Part shown: positions 13,455 through 28,136 of the stretch, piece by piece | Numbering within the stretch: the stretch's first letter is position 1 | Layout: each line of letters starts with the position of its first letter | Assembly: GCF_009914755.1 (NCBI RefSeq) | Contig: NC_060927.1 | Reading direction: 5' to 3' (one strand) | DNA: 64,000 nucleotides | From: the human T2T-CHM13v2.0 reference genome, Homo sapiens | Notes under the pieces: generated by a model | What the model was told of the DNA's origin: nothing | Database searches by the model: none | What the model saw: the letters and a program-made list of their open reading frames with translations, nothing else | Translations under genes and position numbers: made by a program

Positions 13455-13650
13455 CTGCTTGGTCCAATCCTGGCTCTATCATTTACAAGCGGTGCGACTT
13501 TAGTCCGATTCCTTATCTTCTCTGTTTCAGCTTCCTCATTTGTAAAATGGGGATGATGATAACAACAGCAATTCTACTCTCAAAGTCATTGTACATATTA
13601 AATCAGTTAATACATGTAACAGCTTAAAACAGTGCCTATAATGTATTAAT
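13455..13650 (+). mobile_element. MIR
   Basis: TTTCAGCTTCCTCATTTGTAAAATGGGGATGATGATAAC core. Confidence 0.8.
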
Positions 13651-13811
13651 TGACTGTGGTAGGCTGATAATGGCTCCCCAAAATACATCCACATCCAGTA
13701 CCTGTATGATGGTCAAGGTTGTGTGTCAATTTGGCTGGGCCATGGTGCCCAGATATTTGGTCAAACATTAGTCTGGATGTTTCTGTAAAGGTGTTTTTGG
13801 GGTGAGATTAA

Positions 13812-14112
<301 letters not shown>

Positions 14113-14222
14113 GAGATTAACTCTTAAATTGTTTCCTTAATGTGGGTGGACCTCATCCAATCAGCTGAAGGCCTTAATAGATCAAAGACTGACTTCCCTT
14201 AAATAAGAAAGAATGCTACCAG

Positions 14223-14864
14223 TGAAGCAGCATTGTTGTCTGGGGTAAATACACAAGGTTCTTTGTTTCACATCAGGGAAATCAAGGACACAGACACTCA
14301 AGAAGTGAGTTTCAGAGTGGAGCCTTAATAGGTGAAAGTAAAAAAAGAAAAAAGAATAGCTTTCTCTCCTGCAGAGAGAGGGGCACCCTAGTGGGTTTTC
14401 TGGTTTTCTAGTGAAATGCACAGGCTTTTATAAATGAGCTTGAGGAGGTACTGTCTGATTTACATAGGGCCCTAGAGATTGGTTGGACCAGGCATGAGGT
14501 TTGCGTAGTGTACGAGGAAGCTGGTCATCCCACTCTACTCTTTTATTATGCAGATGGGTTCTCTACCTGGCTTGCGCCATGTTTTCTGTTCCTTACTATA
14601 CATGTGGTTGACAAAGAAAAGGGAAGATGAACCTGCCATGTTGAACATGCCTGGCCCACAGATAGCCTTTTCTTATTGGCACAGCTGCTGGCATTCACTG
14701 TGCAAGCTTCTAGCTTGCTTTTCTATGTCTGCAGCTTGATTTTTCAGGCTTTTTGTTATAAAAGAAATGATTTCAGGGCTGCTTTTTGTTAAAAGGGAGG
14801 CCTTACTGAGGACTCTCTTACCCTCACTAACTGCCTAAATAATTTCTTTTTAGCTCCTGTATCA
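14223..14864 (-). mobile_element. MER51-like solo LTR (ERV1)
   Basis: Minus strand begins TGATACAGGAGCTAAAAAGAAATTATTTAGGCAG; 4-bp TSD CCAG. Confidence 0.85.
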
Positions 14865-16883
14865 CCAGCAGAATGCCTTTGGACTCAAAGTGCCCCTCGT
14901 CCCAGGGATCTGGGGTCTCCAGCTTCCTGGCCTACCCGTTCAGATTTTGCTATAAGCCTTCACTATTGTGTGAACCAATCCTTAAAATCAATATCTATCT
15001 CTTCACATCCTGTTGGTTCTGTTCCTTTGGAGAACCCTGACTAATCTTCCCTGAAATCTGTGAATGCTATCTTATTTGGAAAATGGGTCTCTGCAGATGT
15101 GATTAAGGATTTTGAGGCAGGGAGTTAACTTTGGATTGCCTGGGTGGGCCCTAAATCTAGTCATGTGTCCTTATAAGTGACAGACAGAGGACGTATAGAC
15201 AGGCAGAAGACTTCAAGACAGACAAACACAAGGGAAAGTGATGGGAAGATGGATGCAGAGTTTAGAGAGACGTAGCCACAAGCCAAGGAATGCCTAGAAA
15301 CGCCAAAAGCCACCCAGAGGCTGGAAGAGGCAAAAAATGGCCTCTCCCACATAGCCTCCAGAGGGAGTGTGGTCCCACTGATAGGTTGATGTGGGACTTC
15401 TGCTGTCCAGAACTGTGACAGAATGTGTTTCTATTATTATAAGCTGCCAAGTTTGTGGTAATTTGTTACAGCAGCTCAAGGAGACTGATATATGCTAACT
15501 ATATAGGTATTTGCTGTTATTATTCAGTATCTATTCATTTATTAGTCAAAAAAGCTCAAGCAATCGTAATAGAGACCAGAACCAGAAAGAAAGCAAGTCA
15601 CATTTCTGAGTATCCATGTCAATGTTTATCCACGAATATATTTTCACATGTTACTCTACAGATCCTCACTCAGAGGAGCACTCTAACTGTTGGTCCTTAT
15701 TATGATAGAGACCAATAGAGAGAATTCTCACCACTTTGACTCCATGGAGTTTGATATCCCCAAACTACATTGATTTCCCCTTGGGGATGGGTGGTGGAAC
15801 TCACCCTTGAGCTCCTTCTTCTGCCCCCTCAGGTTCTCCAGATGCAATCAGTGGAGCCATCCCTAGAAGGATAGGTCAGCAATGCCATGGCACTGGGAGG
15901 GACAGTCATCAACACCTTCATGTTTGGGGTCCCAAGGAGAAGCTACCCAATCAGGTGGGATAAGGCTAGGGTCTGGGTTCTTAGTTGGCAGGCACAACCT
16001 GAGCTCATCTATATTTTGCATTCTGACACTGGCTTGTGGATTGCTCAGCCTGGCGTTATGACAATCTCTAGGGCAGTGTATGAAATTGAGGACCTAGCCC
16101 GGCACAAGGCTCCTGATAAAACCATCCAGGCCAGCTGCTGCGGTAGTTTCACCTCTGTTCACAAAATCTTCTAGCAGAGTTACCTTAACCTCCAGGCAGT
16201 TGCACAGCCCTTCAGTATTTTCTCTGTATCTCTGTACCTCCTGTACTATTGTTCTTCAAATACACTCACTTCTTTTACCTTAGCTTCGCCCTAAACAACC
16301 CAAAAATTCATAAGTTTGATGTAAGAGGATGGTTCTGTTACTCAAATGGTCCCTTGCATGTATTTATGCCATTGAAAACTCCCCTGGGTACCATCAACAG
16401 TCAACTTATCATTTTGTATTTCATGTGCACGGTGGGAAACAAACACTGCCATTGTGAATATGGGATTTGGGGGCTCACTGTGGCATGCTAGGGTCTTCTG
16501 AGCTGGGGCTACGGGGTGAGGAAAGGGACTGGAAGCTCCTTTTCTACTAAATGCTAACAATATTAGCAAGAGGTCAAGAAAAACACCAATCTCCACCCCT
16601 CTGCCCCCCAAACTCTTCTTATTCCAACATTCCAGGGTAGAAGGTGCTCTTTTCCTACCCCTTGGAACAGAGGAAGATTGAATTATTTCCCTGATGAGCA
16701 ATAGGTGGCAAAAGGACAAGATAGCCTTGAGACGGTAATGACTACAAGTCCTGCTAACCAAAAGGGATTTGTAGATACTACAGGTCAGGGAACCAAGGCA
16801 TGAAGCCATGGTGGTTCAGCCGTGGAAGCACCAGGCATGTAAGCCTGGCAGGACCAGGTTGTACAGGAAATCTGCAAAAGTCT

Positions 16884-17227
16884 GGCTAGTCGTGGTGGCT
16901 CACGCCTGTAATCCCAGCATTTTGGGAGGCTGAAGTGGGCAGATCACCTGAGGTCAGGAGTTTGAGACCAGCCTGGCCAACATGGTGAAACCGCGTCTCT
17001 ACTAAAAATACACAAATTAGCCAGGTGTGGTGCTGCACACCTGTAATCCCGGCTACTCGAGAGGCTGAGGCAGGAGAATTTCTTGAACCGAGGAGGTGGA
17101 GGGTGCAGAGAGCTGAGATGGCACCACTGCACTCCAGGCTGGGCGACAGAGTGAGACTCTGACAAAAAAAAGAAGGAAGGGAAGAAAGAAAGAAAGAGGA
17201 AGAAAGAAAGAAAGAGAGAGAAAGAAA
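16884..17227 (+). mobile_element. AluSx-like with (GAAA)n tail
   Basis: Full dimer; TSD GAAATCTGCAAAAG/GAAATCTACAAAAG. Confidence 0.95.
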
Positions 17228-19459
17228 TCTACAAAAGCTGATAAGAGCAGCATCACTGGAGCCCTGTCCCATTTGATATCTGCACCTGGGAATGGAGGAT
17301 GTAGGAATGCTCCAAGGTGTCTCAGTGGACCTGCCCCATTCAGAGGTGAGAATGCAATGATTGGAAATTCCTGCCAGTTATGAGCTGAGGATGGAGTCCT
17401 GGTAGATGGCTCTGGAAAGGAAACTCACATAGCAGTGGGGCCAGTGAAGGCAGCTTATTCCTGGGCAGACGTGCCACTTCTTTTTCTCCAGTTTCTTCAG
17501 ACAGCTGCACATCATGACCTAGTCACATTTCAGGTTCCTTTTAGCTGCTGTCTTTTCTCCTGTTAGGGGGTAAAATCCCAGCTTCTTCCCTCTGTGTGGT
17601 TCTGCCTTATACTGGCTTCATTTGCACTCTGCTACTGGTTGCGTCTGTGCCGGGTCTCCTCAGCAAAGCAGAAGAATGGAGGAGACTGCTTTGTCTCACT
17701 TAGGAATCAGACATATCTCCTGGAACAAAGCAACTGAGTTCTATTCATCCCCATATTTGGGAATGACAATTTCTCTCAGAAAACTCTCACATCTATCATT
17801 CTGGCTGCTACGTTATTGCCTCCATGCATCTCACCTTTCCTAAAAACCACCTCCTAGGAAATCAACACCCCAGTGCTACTTTCTCTGGACAAATTCTATT
17901 GCTTCCAGCATCATCAGTCATGGAAAGATTTTTTTTTAATGTTAATAATTTGGGCCATTTATTGAAAAAAGGTCAATGTTAAAAAATGTCTTTCCCCCTG
18001 TGTCTCATCTACACTGTAACATAATGTTCTCTGCTAGCAGTGCAGTCTGTGTGATATCAATGTAGGGAATAAATGGGCACAGATTGAAACAATTATGAGA
18101 AAATGCAAAAATTGTTTAGAAATTGGTGCTGACTTTTGCTTCCAGTCTATTTTTTGTTTGTATAATAAAGCATCTACAGCAAGGAATTAAAAAATAATGG
18201 TGTGATAATGTCAGTTTAAATCTAATGGATCAACAGCAGCCATAAATCTAAATTTAATTTGATGTTTAATAAAACCCTCCACATTCCCTGCATTAGGGTC
18301 CAGGAAACTGATTTGCTTCATCCGATTGCTTTTCCTGCGCATTAAGCTGAATATTGTATCTAATCACCTGTTTTGGTGCCTTCCAAACATACTCGACTTC
18401 AAACCTGCCTCAAAATCGGTCCAGTTGATATATCTTGTTATCCTTTTTAAATGATTTATGTTGATTCTAGCTTTTCCTACATTATTCTCAATTATCTTTG
18501 CTGCCTTGCAATTTATAACTTAGGCCACCTAAAAGGTCCAAGTCATTGTTTGATTTAGCTTTGCTCTCTCATCTTTGACAGAGCATGCTTCAGCTTCAGA
18601 GAGCCGTCACAGTCTGATTTTATGTTATGCCTTGTGTTTAATAGTTCTTGGAAGTAAAAACAATAAGCCTATGGTAAGAGCTTCTTGTGGTGAGTGTGAG
18701 GGATGAGCACTGCAATATAGATGCAATAAAGTGGAGGAGAGACCCATGGTTAGAACAACTGAGTTTCTACTAAAGGTTTTAAACCAATGTTAGCAAAAGT
18801 ACACAGTACCCACTGTGTGACTGCAACTTTTTACATCACTCAAACTTGGGGAGCCAAATACCTGGTCAGGTTAAATACATGCCACTTCTTAACTAATGGG
18901 CTGCTGAAGGCACCATCTCATACATCATATGGAATATAAATTTCTGTATCAGTGTGTGTTATAATGAACCATATATAGTTCATTTCTGTAGGTCAAAGTG
19001 GTTTGGTGGTAGCCATTTCAAATGGTTCAACCTAAAAAGTGAGGCAAAAATGGTTCAAACTAAAAAGTGTGGCAACCTGAAACTTCTCTGGTAGCCCAGT
19101 AAATATCGCCAGCTTTCTAGAAATCCCAAGGATGGAGTCCTGTCAATGAAATGAATTAATGAAAATGTGAAGAGCTGTAGTAGAACCTGGGAATACAGGT
19201 CTACTTCTAATGATGGTGGGCTTGGCACAGAAGGAGGAAAAGCCATGGCGATTTAAGCCATTTCTAGGTTAGCTCCAGTTTTTTGGACTATATGAAAATG
19301 TTACATGTTCCTTCCATATCATGCCATCAATCTGTAGCTATTCTTCATTCCGGGAAGGCTTACCCAAAGTCTAACTGGCCTACTCTTTCCGTAATGTGAT
19401 GATTCCCAGGGGTACGGATCTGATGCTTCCCTTATATCCTCTCCCCCTGAATTAAACAG

Positions 19460-19820
19460 CACAGGCTGCTATAACAAAATTTCATAGACTGAGTGACTTA
19501 TAAATAATAAAAATTTGTTTTTCACACTTCTGGAGGCTAGGAAGTCCAAGAACAAGGTTATGAAAGTTTCTATGTTTGATGAGGACTTGCTTTCTGGTTC
19601 ATAGGCAGCACCTTCTCATTTTGTCCTCACATGTTTTAGAGATGAAGCAGGATCTTATGGGACTCTTATTAGGACATCAGTCCCATTCATGAGGGCTCTA
19701 CTCCCACAATCTCATCTCATCCTAATTACTTCCCCCAAGCCTCACTTCTTAATGCCAGCGCATTAGGGGGCAGGGTTTCAACACGGATTTTGGGGGGACA
19801 CAAGCATTCCATCCATAATA
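19460..19820 (-). mobile_element. MLT1A-like LTR
   Basis: GGCTGCTATAACAAAA...TCTGGAGGCTAGGAAGTCCAAG...TTTTGGGGGGACAC. Confidence 0.8.
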
Positions 19821-19899
19821 CCTCTCAAAAGAAAATGAATTTAGAATAATGGAAAAATATTGTGAAATATTTAAGCAACTTGAGAAGTAAAATCGCTTT

Positions 19900-20540
19900 C
19901 ATTATTCTGGGTCCCCATGAGATAACCAGACTTCCAATTTTGCTTTTGCATAGGTGTAAAGACATATATCTTAAATAAAATAATACATCCTGCTACACTT
20001 GCTATTCTATATTCTATTTTGATCACATGACAGTATATTACAGACATTTTCCTGTATCACTACATAGGATCTGCCATAATCATCATAATAACAACTGAAG
20101 AAAATTCTACCCTATCATCATACTATTATTAAAAAAAAGTTCCCTAAATAAGGACATTGAAGTTTATTCCACTTTTTCTTATTAGAAACAAGTCTGTGAT
20201 AAACATTCTTGTACGCACACCTTTATAGGCTTATGCAATGATTTCCTTAGAATCACTTGCTAGAGTAGGAATTGCTACATTAAAGGGAATGCACATTTCA
20301 CATTTTGATACCTATGGTCAGGTTACTTTTCAAGGTACACTCCCACCAAAAGTATATGAAAATTCCTTTCCTGTACCCTAACCAGCCCTGAGCATTGTTA
20401 TACTTTTTGCTCTTTTTCAGTCTGATGGGGAGCTAATAATATTACTGTTTTACTTCTATTTCTTTAATTAGTAGAATGGAAGAACTTTTCATATACAGAG
20501 AGAGACTATTTGGATTTCTTCTTTTGTGATTTTTTTTTTC
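19900..20540 (-). mobile_element. Old L1 (L1M) fragment
   Basis: ATAAACATTCTTGTAC...TAGAGTAGGAATTGCT...ACTCCCACCAAAAGTATATGA reverse L1 3' region; boundaries approximate. Confidence 0.7.
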
Positions 20541-20961
20541 TATGTGTGAATTTCCTGTTTGTCAGGACTGTTTCGTAATGACCAGTTACCCATCTCAAAC
20601 TGGTTCGAAACCAACCAACCAACTAGGAAAAATGGGATATCTTGGCTCACCCAGCTGGCAGAGACATCAGAGTTGCTCACAAAACTGAAAGAAGAACTAC
20701 AGGAACCCATCTTGTGGACTGGATGATGAAGTCACAGGGCTTCATCTCTCATTTCTGCTGGTCTCTGCTTGGATTCATGCAGCAGTCAAGTTCTTGATGA
20801 GGCAAAGAAAATGGCTATTGGCACACCAGATTCACTTCTTCCAGTTTAGCAACCTCAGTGGTAAGAAAATGTCTCTTTTCCAATTTCTGTTTGTGAATCC
20901 CAGAGAAGCACTGTAGTTGGTTTTGCTTGGGACAACAGTTGTGTCTAGGAAAACGAAGTAC

Positions 20962-21506
20962 TGTTGAGACAGGCAAGCCGGCTTATTTACTATCTTAAGA
21001 TGGTCTGGAGGGAAAGGATAAATGCCCTTTCTCAAGCTCTATCTTCTGTAACTCTCATCCAATCAGTTACAAGAGATCCAAGAAATCATTTACTGCAAGT
21101 TCCTATTTCAGGGGGCTAGGGTTCCTCAGAGCCCTGCATGCGCAGCTAGACTTGAACTCCAACCTAGTTACTGCTTCTTCATTTTAATGCTAAAATTAAT
21201 GCCCAGGGTGGAGATTTAAAATATTAATGCTGTATACAATGTATGAAGAAGCATGTTGAGCCACTACACAGGCACTAGGAAAACTCCTCTTACACATGCC
21301 CTGATGTGACCTTTCTCTATACAAAGACCCTATAAAACTAACCCACACAGTGTTCTCAGGGAGCAGCCTACTCCTTTGTCATTTCTTAGTGCTGGCTACC
21401 TTGTGCACAAGCTGGAATAAACTTCAAATCATCTTTGCTGCTATGTTTGGTGATCTCTCTTGATTTCTATCCCGGGAGACTGAAAGAACCCTGGACTCTG
21501 GTAACA
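20962..21506 (+). mobile_element. Solo LTR, probably ERVL-class, inside an older MLT1-like fragment
   Basis: TGTTGA...GTAACA termini, TATAAAA at 21331, AATAAA at 21416; no TSD seen. Confidence 0.7.
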
Positions 21507-22469
21507 CGGTGACTACCCATGCTTGGGTCAAGTGCCCAACCCTGTGTCAAGAAGGTGGGTTCTGTCGTCACAAGAAATTAGATGGGTGATAAATGTATTG
21601 AGTAGTCCGAAAGAGCCAACTACATGTCCTTGCCCATTTGTCTATTTATTTCCTTGAATTCCATGACACATATAGGCTGTACTACACAAACCACAGTAGC
21701 ATCCACCAAAAATTGCTTGCATATGTTTTTCCTTCTCGCCTGATCCTTCATGCTAGCTACACGGATTCTTACAGCCCTGGCCAGGCTCTTGGTAAGGCAA
21801 ATGCTGCGCGGGTCTAATGACAACATCCTTTTGCCTCTGTCAAGGAGCTGGGAAGAGGGAAAGGTTAGATTCAAACAGTCTAGTTCTTAGATATTTAATT
21901 CAAGTCCCTTTATCCCTGGGGCCTTAATTCTAATCCTTTTGAGTTGCTATCTTCTATTTCTTTTGTATCTTTCCCCGTACTTAACAAAGACATTTTCTAA
22001 ATCTCCAAAATGTGCATGGAATGCCTATTCATTGTGTTCCATTAAGCCCCCTGCCACCCAACCCTCACATTGCCAGGGCTCTAAGGCATCTCTATTCTTG
22101 TCATTTGCTACTACTACACTAAAATCTCCTGAAAGGCATGAGAATTTGTATCCTCAGCACTGTACAGCATATAACAGGTTCTCAGTAAACATGAGTTGAA
22201 TAAATAATCAATTTGTAAAATAGGGGAGTTGGACCACATGGGTTCTGAGCTTCTTTCTGATTCCCAAATTCTTTGGATACTAATGAATCTTTAATATCTT
22301 AGCCCAACCAAAATTCAAATACTGGATGGTCTCTAAGGAGTAGAAAGATTCAGGTTTAGGTAAAGGATATATTCTTGGCCAGCTTAGTTTGATTGTGCTA
22401 TACTGCCATCACTTCTGCCTCTGAAGATGATGCGATCTACCAAAAAAAAAAAAAAATAATAAGAGCCTG

Positions 22470-22715
22470 TGATATAAAATCAGCAGAGCTGTGCTCAAAT
22501 TCTCTCTACCACTTAGTAGACATGTGAGCTTGAGCAATTTACTTACTCTCTTCAACATCTTTAGAATCAGAATAACAGATCAAAATATAAAGTTAAAAGG
22601 ACAAAAATATGAATAACAATGATTACCCCAGGAATGTTACATAGAGTTCAGTAAGATAACAGATGTAAAACACTGAGTACAGTATACAACTCATAGTAGG
22701 CACTCAACAAATGAT
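22470..22715 (+). mobile_element. MIR
   Basis: GTGAGCTTGAGCAATTTACTT...CATAGTAGGCACTCAACAAATG. Confidence 0.7.
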
Positions 22716-23444
22716 GTAGCAAATGAAGTGAGTATATCCCCACTATATAGCCAGTGCCCAATGAAAGACATGCCTCCTGGACTACACCCCAGAATATCTA
22801 AGAGAAGTCAGCAGAACTAACAGAATCAGAGTCATATTAATGAACTGAGACCAGATCACACCCACCTTCTATTGAAAGCTATGTAAGGCCACAATCCCTA
22901 TTCTCTATAATGAGATAAGTAGAGATCCATTTGCTCTTGCCTTATGTGTGAATAGGCACAGTTAAATTCACATACTTCATGTTTTAGCAGCTTCCTATAT
23001 TGAGCTTTAAATTGGTCTGCCTTACTTTATCTACTACTATAGTATTTTCCTGGAATTTACTTGCAGGAAGATCAGCCAAACCTTTGTTCCTAGCTAGGTT
23101 TACTGTGCAGTTCTCAGTGGAAATAACACAGATATGGGACTCCAGTACAGTGCAGGTTTCAAGGGTACAGAAAGAATTTGTATCTGAGAACAGAGTGAGG
23201 AATACAAGGAAGTATTGCCCATGAAATACAAATTAAATTCGTTTCTCCATTATAAAACTCAATTAAAGTTATTTGGATTGTAAAACATGTAACAAACACT
23301 ATTAGAAAGAATCAGATAATCATGAGATGGCCAAAGACTAGATTTTGGAATCAGCTGGTCAAGGAAGTCTTTTGGGTAACTTTGGCCTTTTTTTTAAAAA
23401 CCATTTTACAATAAAAGTTTTGATTTTGATTTTATTATATTATT

Positions 23445-24101
23445 ATTTTATTATTAATGACAGGGTCTTGCTCTGTCACTCAGGCCAGAGTGTAGTAGCA
23501 AAATCATGGCACACACTAAAAGGTGAAAAGCTTTTACCTTTTGGGCTCAAGGTGTTGTAGGACTCTCTCCATAGTTCAGCTAAAAGCCAGGTTCTTGTCA
23601 CATAACTATGAAAAATTAGGCTCGCCGACATTTTGAAGGACGAGAAGGGCAGGGTTTATTGGGTGAAAAGGAAAAAAAAGGGAAACAGGGACTCTCAGCA
23701 AAGAGAGAGTCCTGCTGATAGGCTTCCTGTCTCACAGACTGAATCCCAGGTTAGCACCCAGGAACAGGAGAGGCCAGGCTACTGACCCCTGCAAATGGCA
23801 CAAACTTCTGTGGCTCCACCCCAGTGTGCATTCCTCCCAGTGCGTGGGCTGGTGGGAAGTTCTCCAGGGATCCCTTTATACTTGGCTGTTTCAGAGGGGT
23901 CTTTACACTTCAGTCTCCTGGGTAGCTAGGACTATAGGCACGCAACTGCCACACCCAGCCAATTTTTAAATTTTTATTTTTTGTAGATACAGGGTCTCAC
24001 TATGCTGCCCAGGCTGGTCTCAAACTCTGGGGCTCAAGCAATCCTCCAGCTTTGGCCTCCCAAAGTGTTGGAATTACAGTCATGGGCCACTACACCCAGC
24101 C
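23445..24101 (-). mobile_element. AluJ split by a MER61 LTR
   Basis: Alu reads through ...TTGGGCTCAAGG [LTR] GAGGGGTCTTTACACTTCAGTCTCC... to CACCCAGCC. Confidence 0.88.
23553..23893 (-). mobile_element. MER61-like solo LTR (ERV1)
   Basis: TGTTGTAGGACTCTCTCCATAGTTCAGCTAAAAG...ATACTTGGCTGTTTCA; near-TSD AAGG/GAGG. Confidence 0.8.
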
Positions 24102-24818
24102 TACAACCAGTTTTTCTGGGAGATCAACATTGTTTCTTTAAATATAACAATCTTTATTTTTAAAATGGTAAAGTATGGCACAAAGAGAGGAAAGCCAACT
24201 TAACAGGTTAAGTTTCCTACTGATTTTTGTTTTGGGTGCGTTAAGGGAATATTTGTATTAACATTTCCAAATGGGCTTTGTATTGCAAGTTGACATTATG
24301 TTGAGGAAGTAACAGACCTGGAGTCAAGAGGTGTGCCTTAGTCACTAACCAGATGTGTGACCTAGAGCAAGTCACTTGACCTCTCTGGGCTTCAAATTCT
24401 TCCTTATGTAATGATATCAGTTGGACTGGATCAGTAGTATTCAAGTTATATTGTTATTGTGAAACCACCAACAGGATCCAGACCCCCACCCCCACTACAC
24501 ACACCCAAACACACACATTCACAGCCCAAGTAGCCCCACACATATTTGTTTTAAAGGAATATCACATAGGGATTTCATAGAAAAGAGGCTGTAAAATGTA
24601 ATGGTTACAAGAATGTGCTTTAGAATCAAATCAACAGAGTTGAAATGTCCATTCAACAACTCCAGCTGTGTGAGTTATATAAGCCTCAGTTTCCATATCT
24701 GCAAACTTATTATTAATGATATATTATTGATTATTTTTTATTATTAACTGTAGTCATAGGGATGTCTTCGGGGGTTAAAAGAGGTAATACAAAGGGCTTG
24801 CAACAGTGTCTACCACAC

Positions 24819-26075
24819 TGTATTAGTCCGTTTTCATGCTGCTGATAAAGACATACCCAAGACTGGGCAATTTACAAAAGAAAGAAATTTATTGGACTTC
24901 CAGTTCCACGTGGCTGGGGAGGCCTGACAATCATAGTGGAAGTTGAAAGGCATGGAGGAACAAGTCATGTCTTACACGGATGGTGGTAGGTGAAAAAAGA
25001 GTTTGCACAGGGGAACTCCTCTTTTTAAAACCATCAAATCTTGTGAGACTCATTCATTATCACAAAACCATTTTTTCTTCTTAGGCCTCTGGGCCTGTGA
25101 TGGGAGGGTCTTGCCTGAAGACCTCTGACATGCCCTAGAGACATTTTCCCCATTGTCTTAGGGATTAACATTTGGCTACTTGTTACTTATGCAAATTTCT
25201 GCAGCCAGCTTGAATTTCTCCTCAGAAAATGGGATTTTTCTTTTTTGTCACATTGTCAGGCTGCAAATTTTCCAAACTTTTATGCTGTGCTTCCCTTATA
25301 AAACTGAATGCCTTTAACAGTACCCAAGTCACCTCTTGAATGCTTTGCTGCTTAGAAATGTCTTCCACCAGATACCCTAAATCATCTCTCTCAAGTTCAA
25401 ACTTCCACAAATCTCTAGGTCAGGGGCAAAATGCCACCAGTCTCTTTACTAAAACATAACAAAAGTCACCTTTGCTCCAGTTCCCGACAAGTTCTTCATC
25501 TCCATCTGAGACCACCTCAGCCTGGATTTTATTGTCCATATCATTATCAGCATTTTGGTCAAAGCCATTCAACAAGTCTCTAGGGAGTTCCAAACTTTCC
25601 CAAATTTTCCTGTCTTCTTCTGAGCCCTCCAAACTGTTTCAACCTCTGCCTGTTACCCAGTTCCAAAGTCGCTTCCACATTTTCAAGTATCTTTTTAGCA
25701 GTACCCCACTTTACTGGTACCAATTTACTGTATTACTCTGTTTTCACTCTGCTGATACATACTCGAGACTTGGCAATTTACAAAGGAAGAGGTTTAATGG
25801 ACTTACAGTTCCACATGTCTGAGGAGGCCTCACAATCATGGCAAAGGTGAAAGGCATGGAAGAGCAAGTCACGTCTTACATGGATGGCGTCAGGCAAAGA
25901 GAGCTTGTGTAGAACCATCAGATCTCACGAGACTTATTCACTGTCAGAACAGCACAGGAAAGACTGGCCCCTATAATTCAATCACCTCCCATTGGGTTCC
26001 TACCACCACACATGGCAATTTTGGGAATTGTAATTCAAGATGAGATTTGGGTGGGGACATAGCCAACCCATATCA
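24819..26075 (-). mobile_element. THE1 (THE1B-like) provirus with internal deletion
   Basis: Partial LTR 24819-~25065, THE1-int ~25066-25728, complete LTR 25729-26075; TSD CACAC on both sides. Confidence 0.92.
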
Positions 26076-26169
26076 CACACACTACCTACAAAACAATTTT
26101 AGGATTCTGAAACCTAAAATTGGTTTGAAAATCAATGAGCTAAATGATCTTTTAAATTCCTTCCAGCTC

Positions 26170-26469
26170 TTTTTTTTTTTTTTAAGAGATGGAGTCTCAC
26201 TCTGTGGCCCAGGCTGGAGTGCAGTGGCATAATTTTGGTTCACTGCAACCACTGCTTCTTGGGTTCAATCAATCCTCCTGTCCTCAGCCTCCCAAGTAGC
26301 TGGGATTACAATCATGTACCACCATGCCTGGCTAATTTTTGTAATTTTAGTAGAGATGGGGATTTCACCATGGTGGCCAGGCTGGTCTCGAACTCCTGGG
26401 CTCAAGGGATCCCCCTGCCTCGGCCTCCCACAGTGCTGGGGCTACAGGCATGATCCACTGCTCCTGGCC
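26170..26469 (-). mobile_element. AluJ
   Basis: Full reverse dimer; TSD TAAATTCCTTCCAG(C/T)TCT. Confidence 0.95.
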
Positions 26470-26625
26470 TAAATTCCTTCCAGTTCTAAATTCTTTTTTT
26501 CTGAAAAGTAACTATTGTAAAACAGCATAAAGGAGCCATTTATAGATGGGGCTTCTCTGATTCCCTGACTTCAAGTGCAGCCTGACTTCTAAGTGGTAGT
26601 TTGCTGAGAATTTTATTTATGGATA

Positions 26626-26627
26626 TC

Positions 26628-26670
<43 letters not shown>

Positions 26671-26694
26671 ATCTATCTATCTATCAATCAATCA
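26626..26694. repeat. (TATC)n tetranucleotide STR
   Basis: (TATC)10 ATC (TATC)3 followed by AATC units. Confidence 0.95.
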
Positions 26695-27293
26695 CCTATC
26701 ATTGAGCCTACTAAGGTAAAACTTACACATAAATTTAGTTCACCTGTTTTGGTGTACAGTTCCATGAGTTCTGACAAATGCATACCACCAAGGAACCACC
26801 ACCACAATCAAGATATGGTTCCATCACCCCAAAAAGTTCCACAATGCCCCTTTGCAGTCAATCTTCTCACCCCACTCCAGCCCCTGGCAACCACTGATGG
26901 TTTCTGTCCCTTTAGGTTTGCCTTTTCCAAAAAGTCATATAAATGAGTCATATAGTCTATAGACTTTTGAGTCTGGCTTCTTTTCACTTTACTTCATTTC
27001 ACTTCAGCATCATCCATCTTGTTGCATGGACCAGTAATTCAGCTCTCTATATTGCTGAGTAGAATTCCATTATGTGACTGTACCACAGTTTACTCATTCA
27101 CCAGTTGATGCATCATGAAAAAAAGCCATAAAAAACATTTCAGTGAATTTATGTTTAAATATCTAGGAATGGGATTGCTGGGTCATATGGTGGATGTATT
27201 TTTAACTTCATTAGACACTGTCAGGATTTTTCTAGAGTAGCTGTACCCTTTTGCATGCCTATCAGAAATTTTGGAGAGTTTCCATTAGTTTAT

Positions 27294-28136
<843 letters not shown>

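Noticed and set aside
15780-16240. GC-richer unique stretch as a possible exon or pseudogene
   Set aside because: The 95-aa ORF has no recognisable homology and splice signals are unconvincing
16342-16809. Longest ORF in the window (155 aa, minus strand)
   Set aside because: No recognisable domain, homology or exon structure; length is compatible with chance in 64 kb
25222-25822. ORFs with retroviral-looking peptides (MWKFELERDDLGYL...)
   Set aside because: Broken remnants of the known THE1/MaLR internal ORF
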